NCBI RefSeq assembly: GCF_001194135.2
Contig: NC_068987.1
Location: 62,178,770-62,242,769 of the forward strand
Length of the DNA: 64,000 nucleotides
Direction: 5' to 3'
Origin: Octopus bimaculoides
Taxonomy: Eukaryota
The notes below the pieces were generated by a model that was not told the origin of the DNA, searched no databases, and saw only the letters and a program-made list of their open reading frames with translations. Shown piece after piece: positions 63,910-64,000 of this stretch. The position numbers and the translations under genes are program-made. Each line of letters opens with the position of its first letter. The first letter of the stretch is position 1.

Positions 63910-64000
<91 letters not shown>

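Overview
AT-rich, intron- and repeat-rich eukaryotic genomic DNA with five N gaps. The SINE, RTE-LINE and MITE families and the microsatellite density point to an octopus (coleoid cephalopod) genome; this is an inference. I can reconstruct three conserved genes exon by exon with GT-AG introns. PITHD1 is on + (6 exons, 6098-15100, 211 aa). MRPL22 is on + (7 exons, 21289-36616, 219 aa). A DHRSX-like short-chain dehydrogenase is on - (last 5 exons, 58725-50585; its 5' exons lie beyond the window). Between MRPL22 and DHRSX is an intact 4-kb terminal exon on - (44398-40390, about 1335 aa). It is acidic and Ser-rich, I cannot assign it to a known family, and it carries a near-textbook AKAP-type amphipathic helix plus candidate PP2A-B56, PP1, calcineurin and PKA motifs. 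This is the best candidate for something undescribed. The rest is decayed transposable elements: RTE LINE fragments and tails, three tRNA-derived SINE families, Tigger/pogo, mariner/Tc1, piggyBac-type MITEs and a complete Helentron-associated element (HINE). There is also a degenerate Penelope-type minimal hammerhead ribozyme and a 240-bp direct repeat flanking PITHD1 exon 4. All reading was by eye; no searches were run.
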